Source: Candidatus Binataceae bacterium (GTDB taxonomy: Bacteria > Desulfobacterota > Binatia > Binatales > Binataceae). From it: a stretch of 64,000 nucleotides of DNA. Every line of letters begins with the position of its first letter. Within the stretch, counting starts at the first letter, position 1. Below are positions 35,817 through 44,182 of the stretch, piece after piece. A model generated the notes under the pieces. It was not told the DNA's origin, searched no databases, and saw nothing but the letters and a program-made list of their open reading frames with translations. Location: the NCBI GenBank assembly GCA_035524095.1, contig DATKPK010000189.1:2334-66333 (forward strand). The letters run 5' to 3'. A program made the position numbers and the translations under genes.

Positions 35817-36712
35817 ACACCCGCGAAATAGAGCACGCCGGCGACGTGGCAGATGACCATCACAGAGACGATCATGAAAAGCCCGATATGGAAGCGTAGC
35901 CAGCTTTTGCCGAAACGAAGATTGAATCGATTTTGCTCGAGACGGATCTTGCGCTGGGCGATATCAAGCAGGGCGTCATAGGCCGGCTGATCGGGACCTA
36001 GCACTGACCCTGCCTGCCGTGCGGCCATTGCCAGAGATAGGGCTGGATCGGTCCGCATGAAAGTGCCAAAGAAAAATCGATAGCCTGGATGGGCGCGAGT
36101 GAGCAGCGGACGGATATTGGCAAGATAGGCACGAACCAACGTCTCGGAATGGCCAAGCACGGATTCCTCGGCCTCAACGTAGAGCTGGCGCATCCGCTGG
36201 TCGATGTCCTGCTGGCGGACTTCCTGAGCGCCGCGCAGGAGCATTTCGTGAGGCAAGATGGTTTGAAGGGTCAACCCGAGGGCGCCGGTTGCGACCAAGA
36301 GGAGAAGCGCGGCCTTCAAGACGCTTTCCAGCGGCGTGGAGGGACCCGCCTCTGAATGCCACCAGAACGGCAGCAGCATCAATGCGCCAGCCGTAACGTG
36401 GACGACGCGCCAGCTTTCAAGCCGATCTAAGTTCACGAGACGGCACGCAATTGCTTGAGGCATCAGTGCGGCGGCACGAAGCCACCGAGCGGAGATCCAT
36501 AGATTACGTTTGCGGACGTAATAGAGGAGGGCGATCAGCATTACGACGAGGGTCGCGATGCCGGTGCGGTACGAGCCGAAGCGGGCTGGGAAGTCAGGGG
36601 TTAGCTCGTGGACGATGAATACGACCAAGCCGGCCAGTGTCGCCGACATCGTCGCTGAGCCGAGCGGTGTGGCATGCCGCCGGTCAGCGGCCTCGCCGAG
36701 TTGATCCCTCAC
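35813..36712 (-). CDS. hypothetical 5-TM membrane protein with intramembrane histidines
   Basis: Predicted helices contain His (FIVHEL, WRVVHVTAGAL, PFWWH, RFHIGLFMIVSVMVICHVAG) and there is a ~115-aa soluble helical insert. GTG at 36712 or ATG at 36649. Translationally coupled to the multiheme gene. Confidence 0.65.
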   Translation of the reverse strand: MRDQLGEAADRRHATPLGSATMSATLAGLVVFIVHELTPDFPARFGSYRTGIATLVVMLIALLYYVRKRNLWISARWLRAAALMPQAIACRLVNLDRLESWRVVHVTAGALMLLPFWWHSEAGPSTPLESVLKAALLLLVATGALGLTLQTILPHEMLLRGAQEVRQQDIDQRMRQLYVEAEESVLGHSETLVRAYLANIRPLLTRAHPGYRFFFGTFMRTDPALSLAMAARQAGSVLGPDQPAYDALLDIAQRKIRLEQNRFNLRFGKSWLRFHIGLFMIVSVMVICHVAGVLYFAGV

Positions 36713-36757
36713 TCGTCGTGTTCTTCTAATCCGGCCGCCGTGATCCTTGCGGGTTAT

Positions 36758-38377
36758 TTAGTCGCTGCCGCCGCGAGCCTTACGCACGCGGGAACCTTCA
36801 CTAATCGCGCCGGTTTGTTGAAACAGCTTTGCCGGGTCGATGCGTATAGCGGCTCCAGTAGGACAATTATGCACACATCCCATGAACGGCAGGCCGTCGC
36901 AAAGGTCGCATTTGATCGGAAAGGCGGCGGGAGTGTGTTGTTCCGTCCCGGCTGGCATTGTGAGTGACTTTTGGCTGGCTGGCCGGCCGCCGAAAAGTCG
37001 TTGCCACCATGACGTATCGGTATCGTGTCCGGCGATTGGATAAGGCCGGAAAAAATTTGGATCGCCCATAACGTGAGCCTTGCGCGCCTGGGCCTGGTCG
37101 AAGGTCGGCGAGTCTATCATTGCGATGTTGTCGTAAGGACAGGCAATAGCGCAATTGCCACATCCGATACACATATCGTAGTCGAAATAGATTTCACCTT
37201 CGGGGCGCCGCTTGATCGAACCCGTGGGGCAACTGTTCATGCATTTCGGATCGTCGCAATGGCGGCAGGCGCTCGGTATTAGATATTTACCAATCTGGAT
37301 GCCGTTGCGAATCAGGCGGCTCTTGCCATGCAGTGATTCGCAGGCCTGGACACACTGATCGCACTTGATACAGAGATCAAGGTCCATGACAAGCAGGGCG
37401 TCGGCCTGGATTACGCCAAGCTGGCCGCTGCGCTCAAGTTCGGCCGAGAGTTCGGGCGTGATGCGCCTTTCCTGTTCATGGCGTTGATCGATAACCTTGC
37501 GCACCTGCTTGAGGATTTGTGGGTATTCGCGGCAAAGCTCATAGAAATCATCGCGCTTGATTCTGATTAACTCGCATTTGCCGGCGGTCAATACAGTTGC
37601 CCAGCGGACGCCCGTTTCGAAGAGCGCCATCTCGCCGAAATACTCGCCTGCGCGGAGATAAGCCAGCACGCGATGGGAGCCGTCGTCGTTTTCGCGAATT
37701 ACTTGGACAAAGCCGTCGCGAACAATATACAGTGCGTCGCCCGGCTCACCTTGAGTGACTAAAGGCACCCCGCGAAGCTCGTGGCGGATCACTTCGCATT
37801 TGGGTGCGAGCTGATTCACGAAGTTGGTTGGGACACCGCGGAAGAGTTCGAGATTGATCGCAGTGGCCTTCACCGCCAAATCGCGATAACGATCGGCGAT
37901 TAGGGTGCGAGCCTCGGGATTGATCTCAATATACTTGAGGGCGTAGCGCGGGACGTAAAAGATTTCGGCAGAGCCACGCGCGACCACATCCACTGACCGA
38001 GGCAGGCCGCCGATCGCACCAAGCTCACCGTAGAAATCACCCTGCTGGAGCTGGAGCAAAACGCCGCGCCCGAGTGCTTCGACCTCGTCGACGAGATTGA
38101 CACCTCCGCTTAGTACGAAACAGAGGTCGAGTTCATATTCACCTTTGCGGCAGATAGTTTCGGCATCGTTGAACGTGCGGACACAGAGTCCCGGTTCGCG
38201 CTCGTAGGCGGCTAGAAATGAGTCGCGCTGTTCATCCGTAAAGGTGCGAAAGACAGCAAGCGGATGGAGCCGCTGCCAAAGAATCCACGGGGGCAATTTG
38301 TCGTTGGCGGGTTCCTCCGGCACAAAGTTAGTAGGCCTTGCCGTGTGCAGTATGTCAATCGGCGACGCTGTAGACAT
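36758..38377 (-). CDS. protein with two cyclic-nucleotide-binding domains and a four-cluster 4Fe-4S ferredoxin module
   Basis: Two cNMP-like barrels (GDFYGELGAIGGLPRSVDVVA; GEYFGEMALFETGVRWATVLT). Cys motifs CIKCDQCVQAC, CRHCDDPKCMNSCP, CIGCGNCAIACP and CDLCDG...CVHNCP, as in DmsB/NrfC-type subunits. No signal or Tat motif. Confidence 0.8.
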   Translation of the reverse strand: MSTASPIDILHTARPTNFVPEEPANDKLPPWILWQRLHPLAVFRTFTDEQRDSFLAAYEREPGLCVRTFNDAETICRKGEYELDLCFVLSGGVNLVDEVEALGRGVLLQLQQGDFYGELGAIGGLPRSVDVVARGSAEIFYVPRYALKYIEINPEARTLIADRYRDLAVKATAINLELFRGVPTNFVNQLAPKCEVIRHELRGVPLVTQGEPGDALYIVRDGFVQVIRENDDGSHRVLAYLRAGEYFGEMALFETGVRWATVLTAGKCELIRIKRDDFYELCREYPQILKQVRKVIDQRHEQERRITPELSAELERSGQLGVIQADALLVMDLDLCIKCDQCVQACESLHGKSRLIRNGIQIGKYLIPSACRHCDDPKCMNSCPTGSIKRRPEGEIYFDYDMCIGCGNCAIACPYDNIAMIDSPTFDQAQARKAHVMGDPNFFRPYPIAGHDTDTSWWQRLFGGRPASQKSLTMPAGTEQHTPAAFPIKCDLCDGLPFMGCVHNCPTGAAIRIDPAKLFQQTGAISEGSRVRKARGGSD

Positions 38378-38491
38378 TTGATAAGGTTAGGCTTAGATTT
38401 GAAAATGAAACTGTCCGGACGCAGTCTCAGCTTTAACCCGCAGGGTTTTTCTGTCTCGCGCGCTTCCCGGAAAATCGAAGGAGGGGCTTTG

Positions 38492-38866
38492 ATGCCCACT
38501 AAATTGTACGTAGGTAATTTGGCCTACTCGGTTACCAATGAGGACCTGGAAGGTTTGTTCTCCCAGGCCGGCAAGGTCGACAGTGCCGTCGTGGTAGTCG
38601 ACAAGTTCTCGGGTCAGTCGCGCGGGTTCGGTTTCGTCGAAATGGCAGACTCCAATGACGCTGCCAGAGCGATCGAAGAATTCAACGATACTGAGCTGAA
38701 GGGGCGGAATATTCGCGTCAATGAGGCACGTCCGCGTGAAGGCGGCGGCGGTGGCGGTCCTCGAGGCGGCGGTGGAGGGGGCGGCGGTCGTGATCGTCGC
38801 GGTGGCGGCCGCAATGGTGGTGGCAGTGGCGGCGGTGGAGGGGGCGGCGGCAATCGCCGCTGGTAG
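38492..38866 (+). CDS. RRM-type RNA-binding protein with Gly/Arg-rich tail
   Basis: RNP2 LYVGNL and RNP1 RGFGFVEM. The C-terminal ~40 aa are almost only G/R. ATG at 38492 is preceded by GAAGGAGG; the track ORF start at 38264 is rejected. Confidence 0.9.
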   Translation: MPTKLYVGNLAYSVTNEDLEGLFSQAGKVDSAVVVVDKFSGQSRGFGFVEMADSNDAARAIEEFNDTELKGRNIRVNEARPREGGGGGGPRGGGGGGGGRDRRGGGRNGGGSGGGGGGGGNRRW

Positions 38867-38888
38867 TTTAACCAAGCGGAATTTAGAG

Positions 38889-38920
38889 GGCGGACGCGTG
38901 AAAGCATCCGCCTTTTTCAT
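38889..38920 (+). terminator. rho-independent terminator of the RRM gene
   Basis: GGCGGA (38889-38894) / TCCGCC (38907-38912) stem followed by TTTTTCATTTT. Confidence 0.7.
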
Positions 38921-39022
38921 TTTCGGCGGCTGTCCGTGGCCGGTCATATATCAACGCATGCGGGCGAACCAAGAGCGAGCTAAATTATCAAGCCCGCGTG
39001 ATCGATCCGGACTCGCTAGTCC

Positions 39023-40093
39023 ATGAATGTATCTTCGACAACGGCCTCGACCGATCAGGGGACAGTTTACGGCGGCGACTTTTATGCCGCAATGCGGTTG
39101 CCGCAATTTCAAACGCTTTGCTATAGCTGGAATCCGGCTGTTATCCGATGCAGCGAGACAGACCAGGAGAATTGCGTAGTGTTAAGCCCGACTGAACAGA
39201 TTGAACATCTCAAACTAGCCGCGAGTTTTGCCGGTCTCGAAATGGCGGAACCGGTGCTGCCGGAGTCCCATCATACAGTGGTGGGTAAGATGCGCTTTCA
39301 TTACCTCGATTGGGGTAATGCGATTCGCCCGCCGATTTTGTTCCTGCATGGCGGCGGCCTAAACGCTCATACGTGGGACCTGGTCTGCCTGATGCTTCGC
39401 GATAGTTTCCACTGCGTCGCGCTCGATCAACGCGGGCACGGCGATAGCGAATGGGAGCCGACGGCGAACTATAGTTTCGAGTCGCAGGTTCAGGACGTGG
39501 CGGGATTCGTCGAGAAGCTGAAGCTTCATCGGCCACTGGTCGTGGGTCATTCGATGGGCGGCTTCGCGGCGATGGGTTACTCGATTGAGCATGCGCCGAC
39601 GATGGCGGGGCTGGTGCTGGTAGATATCGCACCGGAGCTAGAGTTCACGGGATCGTCGCGCATCCGGCAGTTCATCACGCAGGATCGCGAACTCGATTCT
39701 GTCGATGCGTTTATCGAGAAGGCGATGAGCTTCAATCCGCGGCGTAACCGGGAGCTCTTGCGGCGGAGCTTGATGCACAATCTGCGGCAACTACCTAGCG
39801 GACGATGGACTTGGAAACACGATCCCAATCGCATGTCGGGCGATTTCGAGAAAGAGCGCAAGGCCCGTGTGGAACATATCAATAGCAGCGCTGGGAAGAT
39901 CACTTGTCCCGTCTTGGTGCTGCGCGGTGACCGCAGTGATGTATTGACGGACGCAGCAGCGCAACAGTTCGCGTCGGCAGTGCCAAACGGTCGGTGGCTA
40001 AGGGTACCGAACGCTGGTCACACGATTCAGGGTGATAATCCGCGTGGATTGCTCGAAGCGCTGTGGCCATTCATTCGCGAAGTTGGGCTGTAA
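39023..40093 (+). CDS. alpha/beta hydrolase with ~80-aa N-terminal extension
   Basis: ILFLHGGG, nucleophile elbow VVGHSMGGF and C-terminal NAGHTIQGDNP. Confidence 0.85.
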   Translation: MNVSSTTASTDQGTVYGGDFYAAMRLPQFQTLCYSWNPAVIRCSETDQENCVVLSPTEQIEHLKLAASFAGLEMAEPVLPESHHTVVGKMRFHYLDWGNAIRPPILFLHGGGLNAHTWDLVCLMLRDSFHCVALDQRGHGDSEWEPTANYSFESQVQDVAGFVEKLKLHRPLVVGHSMGGFAAMGYSIEHAPTMAGLVLVDIAPELEFTGSSRIRQFITQDRELDSVDAFIEKAMSFNPRRNRELLRRSLMHNLRQLPSGRWTWKHDPNRMSGDFEKERKARVEHINSSAGKITCPVLVLRGDRSDVLTDAAAQQFASAVPNGRWLRVPNAGHTIQGDNPRGLLEALWPFIREVGL

Positions 40094-40119
40094 AGCGATT
40101 GCTCGACTGAGTAATGCCC

Positions 40120-40151
40120 GGGCGCCGGAGCGATAATTCACTCCGGCGCCC
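40120..40151. terminator. strong hairpin between convergent genes (putative bidirectional terminator)
   Basis: Perfect 11-bp stem GGGCGCCGGAG / CTCCGGCGCCC with a 10-nt loop, located between the stop codons at 40093 (+) and 40188 (-). Confidence 0.6.
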
Positions 40152-40187
40152 GATCATTTCAGCAATGCGTTAGCGATTAAATGATGA

Positions 40188-41414
40188 TCAATATGGTGCG
40201 TTGTGCAGCACGCCCTGACTTTCGAGATCGCGGACGCGACCGGTGGAATAACCAAGAAACTTTGTTAGTACCTCTTCGTTGTGCTCACCGAGCATCGGCG
40301 CTTCGAGAGTGAGGCGTTCGGGAAACTCCGAGAAACGCAGCGCGAACCCGGGCACGTCAAAATCGCCGAGGATGCGGTCATGGACGGTGCGAATCGTACC
40401 ACGTCCACGCAGATGGGGATGCTGCCGCGCCTCGGCTACGGAAAGGATCGGTGCACATGGCACGCGATATTCGCGAATCGGCGCCATGACGGCTTCGTCA
40501 TTAGGCTGGGCCTGCAACCACGATTCAATTTCACTGACTAATTCCTTGAGATTCTTTAAACGATCACCGTTGGTGACAAAGCGAGGGTCTTGCGCGAGCT
40601 CCGCCTTGCCCATCGCCTTGCATAGATTCGCGAAATGATGTTGCAAGGCGGCGATGATCACAAAGTCGCGCTTGTTGCCACGAAAGACACCGCATGGAAC
40701 CGCGTACCACGAATGTGCCCCGGAACGAGTCGGATTGATCTTGCCATTACTGAGGCTATTCATCTGCACGCCAGCCTCGTGATAATGAGCGTAAGTATCG
40801 AGTAGCGAAATATCGAGATGCTGACCGCGTCCGGTGCGCTGGCAGTAGAGCAGAGCGGCGCAGATCGCACCCATCGCATGCGCTCCTGTGCTGACGTCGC
40901 CGATCGCGATCATTGGAATCTGCGGCGGACCGTCAGACTCACCGCCCATCGAAGTGATACCGGCGTAGGCCGCGCCGAGATAATCGAAGCCGGGTTCATT
41001 CGCGAGAGGACCGGTTTGGCCGAATGCTGAAATTGAGCACATCACGATTTTCGGATTGATTGCGCTGACGGTTGCGTAATCGAGCCCGAGCCGAGCAATC
41101 ACGCCGGGCGCGTAGTTCTGAACCAGCACATCGATATGCGGTAGCAGTCCCTTGATAATCGCGAGGCCCTCGGGATGTTTCACATCGAGGCAAATATCTC
41201 TCTTGCCGCGATTGTGCTGAACGAAATAACCACTGCGGCCCTTGACCAATACACCACCGAGACGCGCGGGATCGCCGGCGGGCGGAAGCTCAACTTTGAT
41301 AACATCAGCGCCCATTTCCGCGAGCATCAGCGTAGTCGTTGGTCCCGCAACGACCTGGCTGAAATCCAGTACGCGATAGCCGTCGAGCACGTGTTTGAGA
41401 TTGTCCCCAGACAT
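40188..41414 (-). CDS. family III CoA-transferase (CaiB/BaiF)
   Basis: YRVLDFSQVVAGPTTTLMLAEMGADVIKVELP N-terminus and C-terminal PMLGEHNEEVL. ATG at 41414 with GGAGG 8 nt upstream; the track ORF extends to TTG 41441. Confidence 0.88.
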   Translation of the reverse strand: MSGDNLKHVLDGYRVLDFSQVVAGPTTTLMLAEMGADVIKVELPPAGDPARLGGVLVKGRSGYFVQHNRGKRDICLDVKHPEGLAIIKGLLPHIDVLVQNYAPGVIARLGLDYATVSAINPKIVMCSISAFGQTGPLANEPGFDYLGAAYAGITSMGGESDGPPQIPMIAIGDVSTGAHAMGAICAALLYCQRTGRGQHLDISLLDTYAHYHEAGVQMNSLSNGKINPTRSGAHSWYAVPCGVFRGNKRDFVIIAALQHHFANLCKAMGKAELAQDPRFVTNGDRLKNLKELVSEIESWLQAQPNDEAVMAPIREYRVPCAPILSVAEARQHPHLRGRGTIRTVHDRILGDFDVPGFALRFSEFPERLTLEAPMLGEHNEEVLTKFLGYSTGRVRDLESQGVLHNAPY

Positions 41415-41575
41415 GCAATTTGACCTCCATAAAGAGGGCAAGAACTGACGCCCACACGGTCTCTATAGCACTGTCTGCCACGAAGCGGTTGCACCCGTGC
41501 ATGGTTTGCTGAGGGCGGGCGAGAAAAGATCACCCGACGCCCGATTGCGAGCCCTGGGACCGGCGTGCCGGACAG

Positions 41576-42772
41576 TTAGAGGAGGGCGTCGCCGGGGCGG
41601 GGATCGAGGCCCATCAGGACGCGACCAGCAGTCTCGTAGATTTTCGGGGAATTCATCGTGTGCTGATTGATCGTATGGAGATCGCGCAGTGCGCGATCGA
41701 GCGGACCCGACGCATATACGGCCGCGCCACCGTAGGCCTTGTAGAGTAGCTCTACAGCCGACAGGCAGTTTGCGTGTCCCTGCAAAACCGCCAGTCGGTA
41801 ACGCGCGCGCTGTTGAATGGTCAAACGATCACCAGCGACGAGCGTATTCCAGATATCATCGAGACGATCGTAGATGTAGGTGCGGGCGCCTGCGACCAAC
41901 GCTTCAGCCTGTCCGACCGCGGATTGGACGTGCGGCTCATCACAGAGCAAGGTTTTGCGTCCGGTGAGCATCCCGGAGGTTACGAGCTTTTTGCGCGCTA
42001 ATTCCATAAACGAATCGATAGCGGCGCGGGCGATACCAATCGTGATGCCGGGCAACTTGTAACCGAAGAGCATTGGGAAAGCGTAGAGCGGACCGGGGCG
42101 GCGAATCTGTCGGGGCGGAAAATCCGACACGCGCTCGGCGGGAACGAAGACGTCTGACGCCGCGAAATCGTTGCTGCCGCTGCCCCGTAGGCCGGTGGTA
42201 TGCCAAGTGTCGAGGATTTCGCCGGAGCTAATCGGGAGCATGCACATCAGATGCTGCTGACGATCGCGCTCGTCGAGAATAGGATTGCCCGCACTGTCAG
42301 ACAGTGCGCAGGTAAGACCGATCCATTCGCAATGCTGGCAACCGCTGGCGAACGGCCAGCGGCCAGTCACGCGATAGCCGCCATCAACTTTAACAGCGCG
42401 GCCGGTGAAGATGAGGCTTGCGGCGGTGGGCGCGTCGAGGTCCTGATACATTTCGTGCGCGACGTCCTGATCAATGAAGGCGCCGAGGTAGCCGCCGTCG
42501 ATGTTGATCATCGCACACCATCCGACGGAGCCGTCGGCGTAGGCGAGTTCTTCGATCACGCGCACCTGGTCGGGCAAGGAGAGTTCGGGGCCGCCCCAGG
42601 AGCGTGGATGGGCCATGCGAAAGATGCCAGCTTCCTTCATCGCATGAACGATCGCGGGTGTCAGGCGGCGGCCTTGTTCGATCGCGTTCGCAGCCGCGCG
42701 GATCTGTGGCGCCAATGCTTTGGCAGCGACCAGAGTGCGTGCCGCCTCGTCCTCGCTACTGTCGATGCTCAT
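41576..42772 (-). CDS. acyl-CoA dehydrogenase family protein (possibly flavin-dependent monooxygenase type)
   Basis: 398 aa with ACAD-like N, middle and C domain pattern (WCAMINIDG, HTTGLRGSGSNDF). Divergent from canonical ACADs. Confidence 0.7.
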   Translation of the reverse strand: MSIDSSEDEAARTLVAAKALAPQIRAAANAIEQGRRLTPAIVHAMKEAGIFRMAHPRSWGGPELSLPDQVRVIEELAYADGSVGWCAMINIDGGYLGAFIDQDVAHEMYQDLDAPTAASLIFTGRAVKVDGGYRVTGRWPFASGCQHCEWIGLTCALSDSAGNPILDERDRQQHLMCMLPISSGEILDTWHTTGLRGSGSNDFAASDVFVPAERVSDFPPRQIRRPGPLYAFPMLFGYKLPGITIGIARAAIDSFMELARKKLVTSGMLTGRKTLLCDEPHVQSAVGQAEALVAGARTYIYDRLDDIWNTLVAGDRLTIQQRARYRLAVLQGHANCLSAVELLYKAYGGAAVYASGPLDRALRDLHTINQHTMNSPKIYETAGRVLMGLDPRPGDALL

Positions 42773-42835
42773 GCCGTTTCCTCCACGTGAGGAGATCAGG
42801 GATTCGTGATCGCGCTGCGAGCCGCGCTTTGGCGG

Positions 42836-44071
42836 TTACGACTCAATCGCGCGTAACGCGGTGGGCGTTCTGCGCGCTTCGCGCAACGCGACGATACGGT
42901 CGAGGATCAGATCGGCGACTTCGTCTTTAAGGAGCTTAGGCGTGGTCTCGATTCGTCCATCGGTCGTCAGAATCGTTACGATATTGGTATCGACGGCGAA
43001 TCCCGCGTCGGAGCGCGAAACGTCATTGCCGACGATCATATCGAGCTTTTTGCGATGAAGCTTGTCGAGAGCGTTGACTTCGAGGTCTTCGGTCTCGGCG
43101 GCGAAACCGATCATCAGGCGGTCGCCCTTCCGTTCAGCGAGATGGGGCAATTCGTCGGTGATGGGGGCCAAGTTGAGCTGCATGCCCTGATGATTTTTCT
43201 TAAGCTTATGCCCCGCCGGATGGCGCGGGCGAAAATCGGCGACGGCAGCCGCCATAATCAAAGCTGAGCACCAGGGGAAATGGCTGGCAGTAGTGTTAAG
43301 CATATCGGCTGCGCTGATGGTGCCGAAATGTTCGACGCCGTGTGGGGTCGCCACGGATGACGGTCCAGCGATCAGCTTGACCGACGCGCCGCGGCGCCAT
43401 GCCGCTCGTGCGATTGCGAACCCCATCTTGCCGGTCGAGCGATTAGAGACGAAGCGGACTGGGTCGATAGGTTCTTGCGTAGGTCCCGCCGTAATCAGGA
43501 TTCGTTCACCGGCCAAGTCTTGCGGCGTCAGCAGCCGTTCGAGTTCGTTGATGATGATCGGAGGATCGGCCAAACGGCCTTTACCCTCGTAGCCGCAAGC
43601 GAGGGCCCCATCGCCTGGTTCGATAATCGTGATGCCGCGCGAACGCAGCCGCGCGAGATTTTCGACGACGGTCGGATGGGCGTACATATGGACGTTCATC
43701 GCGGGCGCGAAAGCGATCGGGCATTGAGCGGCCAGCAAAACGGTTGTGACAATGTCGTCGGCAAGGCCATACGTGGCTTTGGCAATAACGTTGGCACTAG
43801 CCGGCGCGATCACGATTGCATCGGCGGTGTCGGCGAGCCGGATATGGCCGATTTCGGATTCCTGGGTGAGGCTGAAGGTATCGGTCGCAACCGGACTCAG
43901 GCTCAGCGTCTGGAGTGTCAAGGGTGTGATGAATTCAGTCGCATTGCGCGTCATCATCACCCGGACGCGGGCACCGCACGTAGTCAGGAGCCGCACCAGT
44001 TCAGCGGCTTTGTAGGCGGCGATACCGCCGCTGACGCCGACTACGATCGTTTTATCTTTTAGCGCAGCCAT
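42836..44071 (-). CDS. coaBC: bifunctional phosphopantothenoylcysteine decarboxylase / phosphopantothenate-cysteine ligase
   Basis: KTIVVGVSGGIAAYKAAELVRLL flavoprotein N-terminus, PAMNVHMY, and C-terminal CoaB blocks (ITAGPTQEPIDPVRFVSNRSTGKMG, AAAVADFRP). Confidence 0.92.
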   Translation of the reverse strand: MAALKDKTIVVGVSGGIAAYKAAELVRLLTTCGARVRVMMTRNATEFITPLTLQTLSLSPVATDTFSLTQESEIGHIRLADTADAIVIAPASANVIAKATYGLADDIVTTVLLAAQCPIAFAPAMNVHMYAHPTVVENLARLRSRGITIIEPGDGALACGYEGKGRLADPPIIINELERLLTPQDLAGERILITAGPTQEPIDPVRFVSNRSTGKMGFAIARAAWRRGASVKLIAGPSSVATPHGVEHFGTISAADMLNTTASHFPWCSALIMAAAVADFRPRHPAGHKLKKNHQGMQLNLAPITDELPHLAERKGDRLMIGFAAETEDLEVNALDKLHRKKLDMIVGNDVSRSDAGFAVDTNIVTILTTDGRIETTPKLLKDEVADLILDRIVALREARRTPTALRAIES

Positions 44072-44099
44072 CGCAACCCGATTGTAGCGAGCGTCGCGT

Positions 44100-44160
44100 A
44101 AAAAAAGGAAGCGCTTCCTGAAACGCCAACCTCAGCTCTGAGGCTTAGTCAGAGCTGAGG
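44100..44160 (-). terminator. terminator region downstream of the inositol-3-phosphate synthase gene
   Basis: Read on the minus strand: a perfect 12-bp hairpin (44130-44141 / 44149-44160), then the GGAAGCGCTTCC palindrome (44107-44118), then a run of 7 T (A-run 44100-44106 on the plus strand). Confidence 0.65.
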
Positions 44161-44182
44161 CAGCAAGACTGGCCGTTCGGCC

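Noticed and set aside
38393-38947. 184-aa and 97-aa minus-strand ORFs, including a poly-Pro/poly-Ala translation
   Set aside because: They are the reverse-complement reading of the (GGN)n tract that encodes the Gly-rich tail of the RRM protein. The RRM gene has RNP motifs, a strong ribosome-binding site and a terminator.
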